Assembly: GCA_047495785.1 (NCBI GenBank)
Contig: JBLDXI010000003.1
Span: 1,922,001 to 1,986,000 of the forward strand
Direction of reading: 5' to 3'
DNA length: 64,000 nt
Source: Lepidodermella squamata
Lineage: Eukaryota > Animalia > Gastrotricha
Within the stretch, counting starts at the first letter, position 1. Each line of letters starts with the position of its first letter. Made by a program: the position numbers and the translations under genes. The notes under the pieces were generated by a model. That model had not been told where the DNA came from. It did not search any database and worked only from the letters and a program-made list of their open reading frames with translations. Below are positions 40,152-51,081 of this stretch, piece after piece.

Positions 40152-41581
40152 TTATTCAGGCGTGGTGGGCCCACCACGACCCGAACGTGCACCACGGGCA
40201 TTCGGTTTCTTCTCCTCTTTCGACTCAGCAGGCGGCGGCGAGTGTCCTTTCACTTGCGAAGCCGATTTCGACGGTGCGGCTTTCATTCTCTTAGGCGGAG
40301 GTTTCTCTGGGGTTGTTTGTTCGTCGTCTCCAATTTCTTTGACTTGCTGAGCGGATTTCGACGCGGCAGCTGCTTTCGGTTTCTTAGACGCAGTTTTCAC
40401 CGGGGTAGCTGGTTCCTTGAATTCACCTTCTTGCTTAGCGGATTTCGACGCGGCAGCTGCATTCGGTTTCTTAGACGCAGTTTTCACCGGGGTAGCTGGT
40501 TCCTCGACTTCATCATCTTGCTTAGCGGATTTAGGCGCGGCAGCTGCATTCAGTTTCTTAGGCGCAGTTTTCACCGGGGTAGCTGGTTCCTCGACTTCAT
40601 CATCTTGCTGAGCTGATCTTGCTGAGCTTGACGCCGCTTTCGCCTGGGCAGGTCCTTTCGCTTGCATCGGGATAGCTAGTTCCTCGACTTCAACTTCTGC
40701 CGGAATGGTGTTTTCTTTTTCTTCAGCACCGAAATCAACTTTCTCTTCGTCCGATTCGTCGGCCGATTTGTCGTCACCCGTCTCACCCACATCCGAGTCG
40801 TTCCCATCAACGAAACCGTCATCATCAAAAATTTGGTTCAAGCGCGGGTCGACGTCTTCGGCATTGTCTCGCCCCGCCTGGTGTCTTCGCTCCCCTTTCT
40901 TCCTGTTGCTCATCGCCTGGGCGACGTTAGCCCGGAAAAACTTCTGAAAATAGACTGGCAAATTCTAAACCATCACCGTAGTGCGTTGCATACCTCATGA
41001 TTCATGTCGCTTGACTCAAGTACGAATAGCCAGTCATACTTGCAACGCAATTGGTCCGCAATGTAGCTATAGTCCTTCGCTGAAAATTTGCGTCCTGGAT
41101 TTTTCTTCAAGATATATGCTACCAACTGACGCCTTAAAGCCTCCCAGGTGAATCTTAAGCACTTAGCGTCCAATTCAGCCTGAACTCGCTTGTCGAAGCG
41201 CAGCTCCGAGAGGTTGAAATGCAGCGGAGTTGACTTTCCAGCCTGAAGAATGAATTCGATTACAACAACATTAGCAAACGGAATCTCTAAATACCTGATG
41301 CCTCTTGCGCTCTGCAATGAGCATTCCTTTGAAGGCAGCCTTGAAGCCCGGCTTGCCCTTGAAGACCTCAGACAGCAAATCATCCGTAACAACCGATTCA
41401 TCCAAAAGATCTTTAATGATCGTCAATCCATTTCCTAAGGAGCGATAATGACAAATGAGAGATGCAATGATATTTCAGAAACGATATACAAACCTTCCAG
41501 GATGTCGAAAATAGCTTCCTTAACATCGTCGGGCTGGTGGTAATGCCCAAAACACTTATTAAGGCGATCTCGGGCAGCCAT
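40152..41581 (-). CDS. Transposon ORF2: SAM-like N-terminus, SAMD3-like helical domain, acidic and Lys/Ala/Pro-rich tail (4 exons)
   Basis: Spliced MAARDRLNK...GLTIIKDLL..VTDDLLSEVFKGKPGFKAAF...RQLVAYIL...SAKDYSYIADQLRCKYDWL...AMSNRKK resembles the SAMD3-like second ORFs of animal EnSpm elements (recalled motif). Confidence 0.72.
40350..40612 (-). repeat. 3 x 87-bp coding tandem repeat (KQDDEVEEPATPVKTASKKPNAAAASKSA)
   Basis: Visible in both DNA and translation. Confidence 0.9.
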
Positions 41582-41702
41582 CGATTTTTGCAAATTGGAA
41601 AATCGCAAAGAACTAAGAAAAAATACAACACAGTTAAAGGTGCAGATACAATATTTCAAGTGCGCAATAAGCAAACAGAAATGCTGGCCTGAAGCTAATG
41701 TT

Positions 41703-41951
41703 TTAGGCAATCAAAACAAACTTATTTCGAAGGCGTAAACTGCGCCGAGGCTCATCCGGAAACTTAGAACAAGAACGCCGGGAGTTAAGGGATGTCGGAG
41801 CCCGAGACGAGGTACTCTGTACATGAAAATCATCAATTTCCTTTAATTCATCCGCTAACTTGTTGATTTGCATGGCAGCGAAAAAGTCAGACCGGGCTTT
41901 CAGATTATCATCTGTCCATTGAACGTAATCGAAAGTCGGTTTCTCTGACAT
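41703..41951 (-). CDS. Short transposon-internal ORF (82 aa, MSEKPTFDYVQW...), or an upstream exon of ORF2
   Basis: ATG preceded by acceptor-like AT-rich sequence; protein-like composition; no recognised domain. Confidence 0.35.
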   Translation of the reverse strand: MSEKPTFDYVQWTDDNLKARSDFFAAMQINKLADELKEIDDFHVQSTSSRAPTSLNSRRSCSKFPDEPRRSLRLRNKFVLIA

Positions 41952-42372
41952 TTGAAATGCTGTAAATAAAAAAAATCGACTAAAATAAAGGAACCTAAGA
42001 TAAGACAAAGCGGATATGAAAAAATCTGGGGATGGTTGCCTTACACAGGATACGCGCGCGATCAAACCAAAAAAGCGATCGCCACCCCTGCATAACACCG
42101 GAAGTGAGCACGCCGCGATTGAGACAAATTTGAGACAAAAATGACTTTTTTTACTTTAATAAACTAAATATATAATTTTTATTAAAATTGAACTAAAAGA
42201 AAAATGCGGTGATAATTTTTAAGCGGTAAAACACAATTTTTTTGCTTACCTCGTGCCGTCGACTTGTCGAAAAAAACGAATGTCTCGACTGTAAACAGCT
42301 ATATACAGCCACACCTCTAACAGCTTATAGATAACATCTCCTGCTTTTAATATTAATAGCCAGTCAGGTGAC

Positions 42373-43040
42373 ATGTCAAGTCAACATCCTATGAAAAGAG
42401 ACGCGGCGGTGCAATATCCTGAGATCAAGGAGCTCTGTGATGTCTTGCCATATGGCCGTTAGTAATCATGTTATTGCTGAAAGATGCGTGAAGCTAATTT
42501 TACTTTTTATGTAACGCAGACAGGCTTGTTATGGCATGCCAGAAGCAAGTGGTTGAACCGGCCTGTTCCGCCTCAGCGACAGCTGCCCAACCGTCACCCA
42601 CTCCACCTGATTCAACTGCTAAATTGTCATCTACCAGCCTTTTCTCCATTGCCAGCTCTTCGAGTGCTTTAAACAACCGCCGGAGATCGCCATCTGTCTC
42701 TGATTTCTCGATTGTTGATAGCTCATCACCTGGCCGTTACTCCGTTGCCAGCTCTTGCAATGCTAGCGGCTCAGGTGTATCGATCAAGCGGTCCAGGCGA
42801 AAGAAAACTACACCATCCCAGCGCAGAGACCTCGTCCTACCAAATGGTCATATCATTGCAGCTCAAATCGGCGTTCGACCGAAGTGCTGTCTGTGTAGAA
42901 GTAACACATATTATCGCTGTACGACTTGCGTTGGCCCTAAGAAACCCGCCATGTGCAACGGCAAATGTGCTTTTGATTATCACAATTTGGATTTCGAACG
43001 GGACTTGTTGGAATCTGGCCAAATGTCGCCTTCCTTGTAG
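42373..43040 (+). CDS. Transposon ORF3: short SAM-like segment, Ser-rich linker with NLS, C-terminal Cys/His zinc finger of piggyBac-CRD type (exons 42373-42457, 42520-43040)
   Basis: In-frame splice gives IKELCDVLPYGHRLVM; KRSRRKK; CCLCRSNTYYRCTTC..MCNGKCAFDYH matches C-x2-C-x7-C-x2-C-xn-C-x3-C-x4-H. Confidence 0.7.
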
Positions 43041-43286
43041 ATCGAAATTAGCCAAAAAATTGACATTTTGCGGTAGTTCAGACCAGCGAAATCTAGATCG
43101 TGATAATCAATAGCACATTTGTCGTTGTCATTTCAATTAGCTGCATACAGAACTGTTATTTTGTTTTCTATGTTTTTTAATGTTTGCATTGAATTTTTCA
43201 CCATTTGTACTCCAGTTAAAGTGAAGAAATTAGTTACAATTAATTTTTATTTCAATTTTAGGACATTTCAGGAAAATTAAAAGAAC

Positions 43287-43853
43287 ATGCCAAACTACGG
43301 TGATTTTGCTGCCTCTAACGCCCGGCACTGTCTCGAGCTTGCCGAAAGAGCCTCGAAGGAAATTAATGGTTGATAACGATTCATTGAGCTAAACTATTAG
43401 ACAAATTGCTATCATTACAGAGCTGGAGCGTGAGGTCGCAAAGTTCAAGTCGCGATGCAAAACCCTTGAAGAGGAGAAGATCGCTCTGCAGCGCAAAGTG
43501 GTCGTTGAAGATTTGGAAAAGGTGACATTTTAGAAAGAGTGGCAATATAGAGCCGACTACTATATGAGAACGTTCAATATTTAGTCATGGCTTTTGGCTA
43601 AATTGGAAGACGCCGGCGATGTTATCATCGATCTCACGGAAAATGTTACAGTTGAAGACAATCCATCGGTAAGTTTAATAACTATCATTGCTATTTTTAT
43701 CAATTGTACTTATGAATATTTCAGAAACGTAAGCTGCCATGGCCAGTTGTTCAATCGACAGCCCGTTGGTTCGAATCTGTTCGTCTCGGGTTCCGGGTCC
43801 CTGAATCACCCAAACAAAAGAAAATGCGCCTTCAGAAGCTCATCAACATGTGA
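43287..43853 (+). CDS. Transposon ORF4: 131-aa coiled-coil protein with SIM-like VIIDLT and basic NLS-like clusters (exons 43287-43368, 43421-43521, 43585-43668, 43725-43853)
   Basis: Four exons join in frame with canonical ~52-63 bp GT-AG introns; AATAAA at ~44063. Confidence 0.7.
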
Positions 43854-44951
43854 GCGTTGTTGATCGAAAAAAACTATTGGCGACCTACTTGGCTCATTCC
43901 GCCGGTGCCCTTTTTTTACTCGAACATTTCGTAGATTATGAAAATTTTTGCATACTTTTTGTTGTGCCTGCTGATGTGCATCAGATGATCTTAATACCCT
44001 TGATATTTACTCATTTCATGTTATACTGAATTCATACATCCGATCTTATTATCCAACTATCAAATAAAAGAGAACGACAATGCGTATTAAATTGTATTTT
44101 TTTTGACGAATTGCCCAAGCTAATAGTGTTTCATTTGCATTGGAAATAACAACTGTTTTCCGGTGAAGTCGTGGTTCAAATTTTTCGATTATTTCCTGCT
44201 GAAAGATTTGTTTACAAATTTATCGTGGGCAAAAAATAGCGATAACTAATTCTTGATTGGTTGATTTTTTTTTAATTTACTTTCGACCGTTTGGATCCGT
44301 AATAGCCGACAATTTCCACAAAGAATAAGCTGTAAGCTGATGCGAGATGACAGTTGCAGTAGCTGTCCGCATACTCGGTTACTTTTGAGTAGGTACCAGG
44401 ATAAAAACCGAGTTTTCCTATATGCCTGGTTTTTACCGTGTTGCACTCGGTCGGTAACTGCGAAAAGCAGCAAAAACTCGGTTATCATTTGGTTCCTACC
44501 GGGTTTCAATAATGCTGCAAGGTAACTTCCGTTTTTCCAACAGGGTTAAAACCGAGTTCTTTTTTACTGTGTCTGAAATAGCGATCACATAATAAACCTG
44601 TGACCTCTAATCCAGTATGCCAATTGTCCGTCAGAAAGCTTTTGGGTGATTCGAGCATCATATGACACTCGACAACAGCTAGGTTTTCGCCACCCCTCCG
44701 ACAAGAATTCGAACTAATCCTCTAATAGCAGATTGTTTCTGTGAAGGCTCTCCCAGTCAACTGTGAAGATTTTACGGAATACCGATTAAGCCAAATTTTG
44801 AATTTTTGAAAATTCCTGCCTGTGCCTGTCACACTTTTATTGCACGCGAAAAGTCTGCACGACTTCTTCTGGCCTTGAAGGAAAGGCCACTGCAATGTGT
44901 CAATACATATAGTCGTACCACGTGAATGATCGGTGAAAAGACGTTCATGTA

Positions 44952-45446
44952 CAGTAGAAGCTGTATAATCCGGACAACATCGGTCGCGGAAAATTTGTCC
45001 GCATTAGCGCGCTGTCCGCATTGGGCGATCCCCTATATTCCGAGGCGCCCCTTGAAACGGCCTCAGCCGACAGAATTAGGCCCCATTTTACGCGCAGGTA
45101 CTGTTTGCTTTTCTAATTGGCGCGCTCTCTAATTAGATTTGAGTGGTTTTTACACATAATTTGCAACTTGAGGCTAAGTAAGCGAAGATTTGTGACAATA
45201 TCCCTAACCCACTCGGAGACATGGAGTTGAGAGGTGTCCGCCTTAAAGAGCCTAAAATACCCATATGGACAGTGCGACTGTAGCTAGAAAACTGGCCGTA
45301 TTAGCACGCGTCCGCATTAAGAAGCTGTCCGCCTTAAAGAGCGCGATGTCCGCATGTTATAACGTAAACTCTGTCCGTCGCCCTAAAATCGTCCGGACTA
45401 GCCCGCTGTCCGCATTGCTGGGGTTCGGATTATACAGCTTCTACTG
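44952..45446. mobile_element. pogo/Tigger-like MITE (495 bp)
   Basis: Perfect 21-bp TIR CAGTAGAAGCTGTATAATCCG, TA target duplication, internal GTCCGC(A/C)TTA repeats. Confidence 0.9.
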
Positions 45447-46544
45447 TATTTACCGATCGATGGGATTCAACCGTCGCGAATAACCTTATCGTGTGCTGTT
45501 TATCGATTATGAAAAATGATTGTGAAACGTCGATTGGAGAAGCTTTTGTGGCGTAACCTATCCTCACTCCCCATTGTGCAAATATCAGCTGCACTCGCTG
45601 ACAATTCAAGATTAAGTTACAGCTAATTGTCGATGTTCGTCTAAATTGCAGTTATTTCTTGGTTTCTGCACTTCTTTGCCTTTTATTTGTCGAATTGGAC
45701 TTGGACTGACAAGTTGATAGTTGTTCTTCGCAAAATTCGTTGGCAATAAAATGACAGAAACAGAAGTGAGAAAGATGCTGCTGCGGTTATTTCCGAGCTG
45801 CAGAGAGGCCTGTTTCCTGAATATAGTTTGAATAGGCGGATCAAGTCACACTCTCTGCAGTGATAAATTACGGGTTATTATTGTAACCTAACGCTGGAAA
45901 AAACGATTTTCTCTACTTGCAGTGTTAATTGCTTTAAGCTTTAAGCTCTTACGACTGTAAACAATACAGCTTAGTTCTAACATGATTTTCCTGTGTCTGT
46001 ACCTGGTACGTCAAAGGGGCTGCTCTTTATGCTTTTCTTTCAAGGAGCTGTGTCTCCCTAATCTCTTCTAGCCTTTGCGCCTGATACAGCCAAAATCTGT
46101 CTGTTACCTATTTGTGAGTAGTCATTAAAGTACACGATCTGTTCCTGCAGCACGTTTCTAGCGTCTGTACATGTTACGGACAAAACCTTTGTCTGTTACT
46201 CTTTTATATCGTCTGAACCTGGTACAACCAAGGAACTGAGTCCGCTAAGTTCCAGTGTCTGTACCTGTTACAGCCAGAACCCTGTGTCTGCGGGGCTTTT
46301 CTACCGCCTGTACCTGGTACCGACATCCAAAACCCGGGTCTAACCCTCCTTTCAAGCGTCTGTACCTGGCACAGCAAAGTGGCTGTCCATTCTGCGAGCT
46401 GCGAGTCGACCACCGTTTACACTTCCTGCAACTCATGTAGCCAAGAACTGCGTCTGCATTTTGTTAATGTTGACTAGCAAATTTGCAGAGAGCATCGGTT
46501 CGAGCTTTCACAGTTACATAGGAAAGAATTCTTTGAAACTGCAA

Positions 46545-46856
46545 ATGGACACAGAAGTGATATGCCGCTACTGTGGTTTATTTTTCGACTCCATAAGTGA
46601 CTTGACGACGCACACCGATTCCGCGCATGGACCCAGTCATCAAGTGCCAGCTCATTTCTGCCTTGCCTCATCAACTCCAATAATTAATGGAGAAATTCAT
46701 TCCCGTTCAACAAACAATGGCAGTCCACAAGCTAGCGGCGACCGAGTGGTAATTGATGATTGGGGCACTGGTGGTGTTTTCTTCTTCTCGTGTTCTTTGG
46801 ATGAATCTCCGAGGTACTTCCGCGCGTCCAAGCTTGCTGACATAAAATTGGGATGA
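46545..46856 (+). pseudogene. Single C2H2 zinc-finger ORF, probably a fragment
   Basis: ICRYCGLFFDSISDLTTHTDSAH fits C-x2-C-x3-F-x5-L-x2-H-x4-H; no clean downstream exon. Confidence 0.4.
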
Positions 46857-48050
46857 TCAAAGATTAAACAGTGACAATACGACATTTTTCTCGTCAAAAT
46901 CTACATACTCTACAACTTCTGGAAAGAGGCTGGTTACTGCAAGCAGGAACTACAATGGCAGTAATGCACCTCTAAAACCTCTCGCAATCATAAACGTACT
47001 ATCTTGAACACCGATTATCTTCTAGCCATAGACAAATAATAAGAAACTGGACACTCACACATGTTAAATAGTCCAAAATTTTGTTTTTATCCGCACACTC
47101 ACTCTGGGTTATCATTGCGACGTCAGTTTTCATATTCGGAAGCTCACAAAACTTTGCATCGATCCCGTGTATCATTCTGGAATATGATGCAGGCTCTTAA
47201 AGTTTTTAAAGGCGTGATTTTTTAGTAAATAATTATGATTCAGCTTAAAAATCTATATGGCTGAATAGAGCGTGAGCTACTGCCTTTTATGATAACGTCT
47301 CCTCTACAGCCGATGAAAACTGTCGTTGCAACGCCAGGAAATAGTGAGGGCTACAATTCGAAAATGTCCTTGAAACTGGGCTCAAGAAGGAATTTTAAAC
47401 AAAAATTAATAATTTTGGCAGTATTGAAATTATAAGAAGACATTCCTCAACCTTTTCGGACTACCACGACACACGACATTTGTTACGAACAAGTTTATTT
47501 GTCGCGGTAGTCCGAAAAGGTTTAGGAATGTCTTCTTATTATATTTTATATTCACACACGCGACAATCTTACTTTTCAAGTTCAATATTGGAATGGCTTG
47601 ATTTTCCATTTTCTTATTATTTGTCTATGCTTTCAGCAACATTTCGACTTTATTCAATCAAATTCTTACTTGCATCACGACAATTTTTATGAATTGGAAA
47701 ATAAAAGACTTCCCTCGGATATCAGTCTGCTGCAAGTTTGTAGAGTCACGTAAAAGCAGCTGAACACATACATGATAACATTTAAGCAATGAATACCCAA
47801 GCATACATAATAATGCTCAGGTTTTAGCTAACTGCCGTGATCAGCGGTGCCAATTGCTGGCTCATCTGGCTGACAGCTCTTAGCGGTTTATCCTTTTGAC
47901 ATCGCCCAAGTCCTACTTAATTTGACCTGCATCAATAATCCTAGCCAAGAATACTCAACGCTTGACTGGAGGAACATAAAGACACTAAAGCGCAAATGTA
48001 TCGTTGCAATTTGTCATACCCTCTTTCATAGGCGCGTTTCAGTTTTCAGA

Positions 48051-49049
48051 ATGTGCTCTCAGCTGATTTTCTTCTTACTAATAGCAATCAATGCAGCCCA
48101 TGTATGATGAATTAGCAATACTAGAATATAATTGATATCTGGATTAATCTCACAGGCAATTACCTTTGCTGGCGGGGTCGGTTACTCTCCATTCCACATG
48201 GACGAGTACTACAACGGCACGATCGAGCAATACACCGCTGGTATTGATCAGGATTTTGCACAGATCAAACAGTTCTATGGCTACGTCCGAACTTACGCTA
48301 CGAAGCGAAGGGGAGTAGCTTTAGCTCCTATTGCAGCTAAGCATGGTTTAAAGTTGTATCTAGGGCTCTTTGTTACTAGGGATTCTTGGTACCAAGAGCA
48401 GTTTGATGCAGCTGTCGAGGCTGCGAAATACAACAGAAGTGCTATTGAGGCAATTATTGTTGGAAATGAATGCTTCCCCGATCCTTTCTCTGCTGATGAG
48501 ATGATCGAGAGAATCCAGGCTCTGCGCAAGAATTTGACAGCTGAAGGTATCACTGACATTCCGATCGGTACCGTTCAGACGATTGGAGACTGGGCACCGA
48601 AAGACGACCCGATTCGACTTGCGGATGCGCAGAAATTGGGCAAGGCTAGTGACATAATTGGCGTGAATATCTACCCCCTCTACAGTTCGAATTATGACCC
48701 GGCTAAACCAACCGCGTCGCTTAACTCGAACTGGAACAGAATGATGGACATCGGCGGCCATCCTGCTGAGAAGATTCGCTTGACAGAAACAGGCTGGCCA
48801 ACAGATGGAAGCGACACGCCAACCTCTGGCAATATTCCCAGCATTGCTAATTCTATCAATTATTTCCGCGGCTTCCAGGCCTGGCGGCCCACGCGCGGTA
48901 AAGACGGGGCTCCTGCGTTCTGGTTTGCATTTTACGACTCGAATCCGAGGGAAGGAAATGGGTACAAGAAGTTTTTTGGACTGCGCGACTACAAGCGGCA
49001 GGTCAAAGCGGGAGCCCCAGCCGAATACCCGCCTGCTCTGGCTAAATAA
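48051..49049 (+). CDS. Secreted glycoside hydrolase family 17 (beta-1,3-glucanase/glucanosyltransferase), copy 1 (exons 48051-48101, 48156-49049)
   Basis: Signal exon MCSQLIFFLLIAINAAH. GH17 motifs GVGYSPF, VRTY, KLYLG, IIVGNE (acid/base Glu), IIGVNIYP, LTETGWPT (nucleophile Glu), FWFAFYD..FFG. Confidence 0.92.
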
Positions 49050-49471
49050 AAAGTATCCATCCTTCAGATAAACTGCAATTTATTGGACCTGCTTTATCTT
49101 TATCCCATCTTTTTCGGTAGAGCTCTGTTTTCTGTTTCAGCTCTGTTACATTCAGTAAATGAATGGATTTTATTTCCTCCTTTAGTTGGCATGTCCCATT
49201 TGGCGACTTTTTTAAGCGAAAAAACGGGTTAAATTGGGCTTGTGTAAACATCCTCTCCAATACGTCTTCCACCTGATCCTGTCCTCAGAAATAAGGCTAC
49301 ATAAACTCTTGAGTAAACACGTATAACCGAATAAATTAGCTTTGACCTCGCATAAAAAGCCACACGTCCTCGTTAGTAATTAGGCCTGAATAGAGTTTGT
49401 CATGCATGATAAATGATTATCGAGTATATAATTGCTCAGTTTCGAGATACATGAAGCAAGAATAATAAAAA

Positions 49472-50496
49472 ATGTCAACTAAATTACTTGCCCTAGTTTT
49501 TGGACTTGCAGCAATTGAGTCGTCCATGGTAAGCAGCCATTCTTAACTGTTCAATCACACGATAAAGCATTTATGTTTTAGGCGATTTCCTTTGCTGGAG
49601 GGGTCGGTTACTCCCCATTCCATATGGACGAGTACTACAATGGTACTAGTGAACAATACGCTGCAGGAATCGATCAAGATTTCGCACAAATCAAGCAGTA
49701 CTATCTCTATGTTCGAACGTACGCCACAAAGCGTAAAGGAGTAGCTTTCGCTCCTATTGCAGCTAAGCATGGTCTTAAACTCTACCTTGGCCTCTACGTC
49801 ACTAAGGAATCTTGGTATCAAGAGCAGTTTGATGCAGCTGTCGAGGCTGCGAAATACAACAGAAGTGCTATTGAGGCAATTATTGTTGGAAATGAATGCT
49901 TCCCCGATCCTTTCTCTGCTGATGAGATGATCGAGAGAATCCAGGCTCTGCGCAAGAATTTGACAGCTCAAGGTATCACTGACATTCCGATCGGTACCGT
50001 CCAGACCATTGGAGACTGGGCCCCGAAGAATAACCAGACCCGCCTCGCCCAGGCTCAGAAACTTGGCCAGGCGAGTGATATTATCGGGGTCAATATCTAC
50101 CCGCTGTACAGTTCAAACTACGACCCGAAAAAGCCGACTTATTCCTTGAATCAGAACTGGAACCGAATGATGGATACCGGCGGCTATCCTGCCGACAAGA
50201 TTCGCTTGACTGAAACTGGCTGGCCGACGAATGGTACAGACAAACCATCGTCGGGAAATGTGCCAAATATCACGAATTCCGTCAATTACTTCCGCGGATT
50301 CCAAGCGTGGCGACCAAATCGTGGTAAGGATGGAGCGCCTGCCTTCTGGTTTGCGTTCTACGACGCCAATCCGAGGGAGGGCACTGGTTACAAGAAATTC
50401 TTCGGCTTGAGAGACTACAAGCGACAGGTCAAACCAGGAGCTCCTGCAGACTACCCGCCAGTCGCGAATCCGCCGAATTACCCGACATTTGGCTGA
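49472..50496 (+). CDS. Secreted GH17, copy 2 (exons 49472-49528, 49582-50496)
   Basis: Signal exon MSTKLLALVFGLAAIESSM; same catalytic motifs as copy 1. Confidence 0.92.
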
Positions 50497-51081
50497 AAGC
50501 TGATTGCTGAGAATAAACAAATGGACTAATTGCTTTACCATTAATTTGTAATAATCACATGGTCTCATTTGCATTTTCCGGTAATTTTCGGATCTTCAGG
50601 AATTATGATTTTTAAGGCGGCTTTATTCTGGACTGTGGATGTAATAAAAATTCTATTATTTGTGTGTTAAGGCGGATATTTTTTATTTGTTTTATTTGCC
50701 CACGAACTTGTATATAGAAATCATGAAGGCGCGATTAATGCGCACATTCCTGAACAGGCGAGTGTATCGAGAAAAATAAACAAATCAAGTGAAATATGGA
50801 GCGCCAAGGAAATTGTTTGCTCTTCCGGCGTCAATAGTTACCCAGCTCACAAAGGTGTTGCGTCGTATCGATTTTCGTTTAGTCTCAGGTCTTAGAAATA
50901 AAGCCAAGGATTAAAATCTAACCCAATTCAAAACTATAAATATTTAACGCACAATTTTGAAAAACAAACCGTTCATTTTTTCAGTTTCGATCAATTTTCA
51001 TTTGGTTGTAGTTTTTTTGGCGAATTCGGGTCATTCTATATTTGCATTCAATTAATTTAGTTTATTTGCTCGCTGATAAAA

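Larger units (their letters stand above)
36168..44571. mobile_element. Full-length CMC/EnSpm (CACTA-superfamily) DNA transposon, 8.4 kb
   Basis: TIRs CACAGCGAAAAAAAACTCGGT (36168) and CACAGTAAAAAAGAACTCGGT (reverse complement ending 44571), 18/21 identical. 2-bp TC duplication on both flanks. Subterminal (T)ACCG repeats. Encloses an EnSpm-type transposase. Confidence 0.9.

Noticed and set aside
40110-40616. Arg/Phe-rich repetitive plus-strand ORF
   Set aside because: Antisense shadow of the 87-bp coding repeat in transposon ORF2.
48051-50496. Microbial contamination as the source of GH17
   Set aside because: Both genes have host-sized spliceosomal introns and are contiguous with animal TRPN genes; read-level confirmation is still needed.
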